Of a DNA stretch of 64,000 nt, positions 60,712-64,000 are shown one piece after another. The notes under the pieces are model-generated. The model saw nothing but the letters and a program-made list of their open reading frames with translations. It was not told the origin of the DNA and ran no database searches. Made by a program: the position numbers and the translations under genes. The number at the start of each line of letters is the position of its first letter. The first letter of the stretch is position 1. This DNA comes from Takakia lepidozioides (Eukaryota; Plantae; Bryophyta): assembly GCA_030704615.1 (NCBI GenBank), contig CM060733.1:57846001-57910000 (forward strand), read 5' to 3'.

Positions 60712-61479
60712 GCCTCGACAGTTCTGAGTTCCACCCAGCTCATGGGACTTCCAGGTCTGCTGCACTCTATCATTGGTCCTGCTTGAGTGTTTGAATCAAA
60801 ATTTCAACCAAAAACTGAAGATATTCCTCTACCTTCCGCAAATTACAGTTGAACTGAGATTCTAGATAATCACCTGCTTCTCTTGTCAAAATCTGGCACC
60901 AGAGTGTACTGACACACATACCAGCAGAATAAGGTCTCCTGGAGTTCATTGCTGTAGCTGCTCTCTCTTTGAAGTAAATGCATGTGATCCAGTGGAACAA
61001 AAGATCTCCGTGGGAGAAAGTGCATGGGGTTCAAACCCCAGACCCGTTTTATTAGCCAGTCTCGAACACCGCAGAAATTCCTCACCATAGAACCAGCTAA
61101 AGAATCAAATTGTACAAAGTACATGGTGGTTTGTCCGCTCTCTGTGCCCAAAAATTAAGCCCAGGCACTACGAAAATAGTTTACCCTACCCTCTGCTCAG
61201 AAGAAGGCCCCGACCCAATCCATGGTGACCAAGCCACCTAAACTACATAGAATAGACAGGGATAGGAGCCTCCAGTGTAGAACCCGACATTCGAACTTAA
61301 ACAAAAAGCCCCCCAAACCCATCCCCTAAGATTCCCTCTTTACTTAGGACTGTACACTCAGTTCAGTATGGCACATATCTATCTAAGACCCAAGACAGCA
61401 ACTATCTTCAACCTTGGGCAGAAGACCAGTCAATCCACATTTTCCATCACCCCAACCCAGGCAAGTCCCTCCACCAGAT

Positions 61480-62973
61480 TCAAGTAAGCTGAGGAAGAGG
61501 ATGAGCTGAGGTCAAATTCAAACTTTGAACTCTCCTAAGAACTCGATCGACTGTAGTGTCGAAGGCATCCTTGACATTGTCCAGGCGATGGCCCGGGACA
61601 GCATACACTAACCTTGGGATCAAATCCAAGACAGTTTTCTGCATGGCTTGGACTTGCTCGGGTGAGAAACTCCGCAAAACCTCTTCAATCTGGAGCCCAC
61701 TTTTAATATCGTCCTTTGGAATCATGACTGAGTAGGAGGTGCGGTTCTCCGGCAAATGCCATTGGTACTGCCAGTACGCACTCTGGTTCCAGAAGAACAC
61801 TGGAATACAACCGGCGATAAGAGAGTCGAAGATGGATCTGCGAGTGAAGCTGTCGCCCCGGGGCTGAAGACAAAACACCGACTTGAGGAAGAGATTGACC
61901 GCAGCCTGGGACTGGCCGTGAGGCTGCTCGCACCTTCTCTCAGAACAATCCAGAACCCGGCAGCTTCCAGAACGCGCACATTGCTCAAACAGAAGGAGGC
62001 GGAAGTCGTGGGGGAACTTCCTCCGAGGGGCACCCGCGAAGGAAAAAAGCAAATCCCTGTCCGATTTTCTCACAAAGTCCTGCCATTCCACCACCTCGGC
62101 ATCAGTCCGCGGATGGAATCCCGTCGGATACGGTACACCCATCTCCTTGGGATCCCAGGGGTTCCGCTCGATGGCCAACCTGGTCACGTTCTCCATCTCC
62201 GGCATGTGAATAAAGCTCGAGCCCCAGCCCGTCTTCCCCGACCGTCTGAAATCCCACGAAATCCTACCAATCATGATAAAATGGTCGTGACCCAAGTTCC
62301 TCTCCCAGTACTCCTGCCCCCTCAACCACCCCAGCAGCTCCACACCCAACGCATCCCGCTGCTCCGACGAGTTGAACCACAGGTACCGCACAATATCCAG
62401 CCCAGCATAGAACGGGATGTAGAACGTCGAGGCTAGCTCGGGATTCAACGTCCTGCACGGGTGGTGCAGCATCCGAGCATGATGCAGCACCTCCCCACTG
62501 AACTGGTCCGTCCCATACCACGGCCCCTCTTCCTGCCACCCCAGTTGCACCAGCCATGGCGACGAGCTCAGCGGAGGCCCTAGTCCAGAATTCGACAACT
62601 CTGTGCATATATCCGCCCAGGGATTCAAGTGCGCGCAGTCATCTAGCAGCTCCTGATTAAACCTCGGCGGAAGCTGGTACACATACACCCGCCGACCCTC
62701 ACACTGGCTATGGCTTCCCGCAAACTGCACCGACTCCCCTCCATGATGATGCTTCACTATCGTCGGTCTCCACAACCACTTCGCCGAGTATGAACCATCT
62801 AGCTGACTCTCCGATAGCGGTGAAGTCACCTCGATCCTCCGCCATAGCCACGACGAGCATGGAGTTCTCAGCAGCGCCAGAATTAGCACCTGCACCAGCA
62901 ATAGAGAGAGAAGGAGAACACGAGCCGCCATTGGGAACGACAATCCAAGCCTCCCTCCCTCTACTCTCCTCAT
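61480..62973 (-). CDS. XLT2: GT47 (exostosin-family) xyloglucan galactosyltransferase, XLT2/MUR3 clade; intronless type II membrane protein
   Basis: N-terminal TM helix (VLLLSLLLVQVLILALL); VYVYQLPPRFN, FYIPFYAGLD, DHFIMIGRISWDFRR, IERNPWD..GVPYPTGFHP and FCLQPRGDSFTRRSIFDSLIAGCIPVFFW. First in-frame ATG is at 62973 (the ORF track starts at GTG 63096). Confidence 0.85.
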   Translation of the reverse strand: MRRVEGGRLGLSFPMAARVLLLSLLLVQVLILALLRTPCSSWLWRRIEVTSPLSESQLDGSYSAKWLWRPTIVKHHHGGESVQFAGSHSQCEGRRVYVYQLPPRFNQELLDDCAHLNPWADICTELSNSGLGPPLSSSPWLVQLGWQEEGPWYGTDQFSGEVLHHARMLHHPCRTLNPELASTFYIPFYAGLDIVRYLWFNSSEQRDALGVELLGWLRGQEYWERNLGHDHFIMIGRISWDFRRSGKTGWGSSFIHMPEMENVTRLAIERNPWDPKEMGVPYPTGFHPRTDAEVVEWQDFVRKSDRDLLFSFAGAPRRKFPHDFRLLLFEQCARSGSCRVLDCSERRCEQPHGQSQAAVNLFLKSVFCLQPRGDSFTRRSIFDSLIAGCIPVFFWNQSAYWQYQWHLPENRTSYSVMIPKDDIKSGLQIEEVLRSFSPEQVQAMQKTVLDLIPRLVYAVPGHRLDNVKDAFDTTVDRVLRRVQSLNLTSAHPLPQLT

Positions 62974-64000
62974 CACTCTGCGCGGGGGGGCATGGTCCTC
63001 ATGGTCCACTGCGGGGCCCCGCCCGCCCCACTCACCCGGGATAGTCGCCGGCCCGCGATTCTTGCCCGCCGACGAGCCGCCGTCACCGGTTACCACCCGT
63101 GCTCGTACCGCTCACCATTTCCTGCACCTTGGATCCCTCCACCGGCGCCCGCCGGTCCCCGCCCGGCCACTCCCAGTCAGCGGGCCCGGTGGCCCATTAC
63201 TTCTCCCTGTACCCGATGCCGCAAGGACGATGCCTCATTATGACCCCATAATTTCGATACTGCCCGTCCCCGAATCCCCTCCCTCCACGTACCTGTCCCT
63301 CAGAATGTCCCTCCTTTTTTTATTATTTAGTTTCAATTTTAATTCAGGTTCTGTTATGGCTGTCCCAATCGGAAAACAATTATTTTGGCACTCAATTATG
63401 GGTCGGTGCCGGTCACGGGCCGTGTCCCCAATCGGAAAAAGACCTGTTTTACGACTGCTATAATTACGATCTGTGGCAGGTTTAGCCAGTAATAAATATA
63501 ACTATAGATATTGGGGGGGATATTTAGGTAATATGGCGAAACCGGTGACTGGGCCACCCGGCCTGACATGCGACCTGCCGCAGGCGGACCCGGCGGTCGC
63601 CGTCAGGGCACGTTGAATGGGCAGGATCATTAACTACGGCTAATTAGGTCTGATTAGCGCCTAACCGGACGCTAATAAGCGCGGTTAGGGAGCCGTGGAG
63701 GCAAGTTAGCGGTCCGCGATCTCAGTTTCCGGGAGTGCGGGAAATTTTGGTCGGTTTGTTATGACAGTTATGGGGTTCGATAAAGTCATCAGTGGAGGAA
63801 TGAGAATATGGTACCGCAATATAACCCCAGTCAACTAAGTTATGTGGGAAATGTCAAACTCGGTAATATTCCATTCCAATATTACAGGGTTGTGTATATT
63901 TGGATGTAAAGCCACTAACTTTAGCTGTCACTGGAATTTGGAGTGCTCACAACAGTCAACGAATGAATGAAAAAGTTCATGAAAACAACTTAAGTGGGAA

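Noticed and set aside
61756-62436. Long antisense ORFs over GT47 (similarly 33668-34282, 7724-8206 and 13313-13735)
   Set aside because: Shadow frames of real coding sequence on the opposite strand.

Overview
Eukaryotic nuclear DNA from a land plant. The intron-rich genes and the mix of repeat families suggest a non-seed plant such as a moss, but this is inference. Host genes: a signal-peptide PP2C (PP2C51/At3g63340-like, running off the left edge), a degenerate tRNA-Ala(AGC), an ARM-repeat gene head-to-head with eIF3d across a 344-bp promoter, a BES1/BZR1 transcription factor, a 2OG-Fe(II) dioxygenase pseudogene and an intronless GT47 XLT2-like galactosyltransferase. The most notable content is mobile DNA. 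(1) A 15.6-kb element (28854-44452) with ~1.9-kb terminal inverted repeats, a GCTTTC target duplication and no recognisable transposase of its own. It carries a starch-synthase fragment, LINE and SINE remnants, an unknown decayed multi-exon gene and a complete piggyBac. (2) That piggyBac (32936-36760; TTAA, 17-bp TIRs), an unusual superfamily for land plants, has extra 5' coding sequence. (3) A poly(A)-less RTEX-like LINE family with a GNRA-hairpin 3' tail that stacks repeatedly into the same AGA/GA-rich intronic targets. (4) A non-autonomous Helitron in one canonical copy and one circularly permuted copy with a CTAG|TC junction. (5) Two copies of a compact structured-RNA motif (loop-E, GNRA and UUCG). 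Exon boundaries and family assignments were made by eye, with no database searches.
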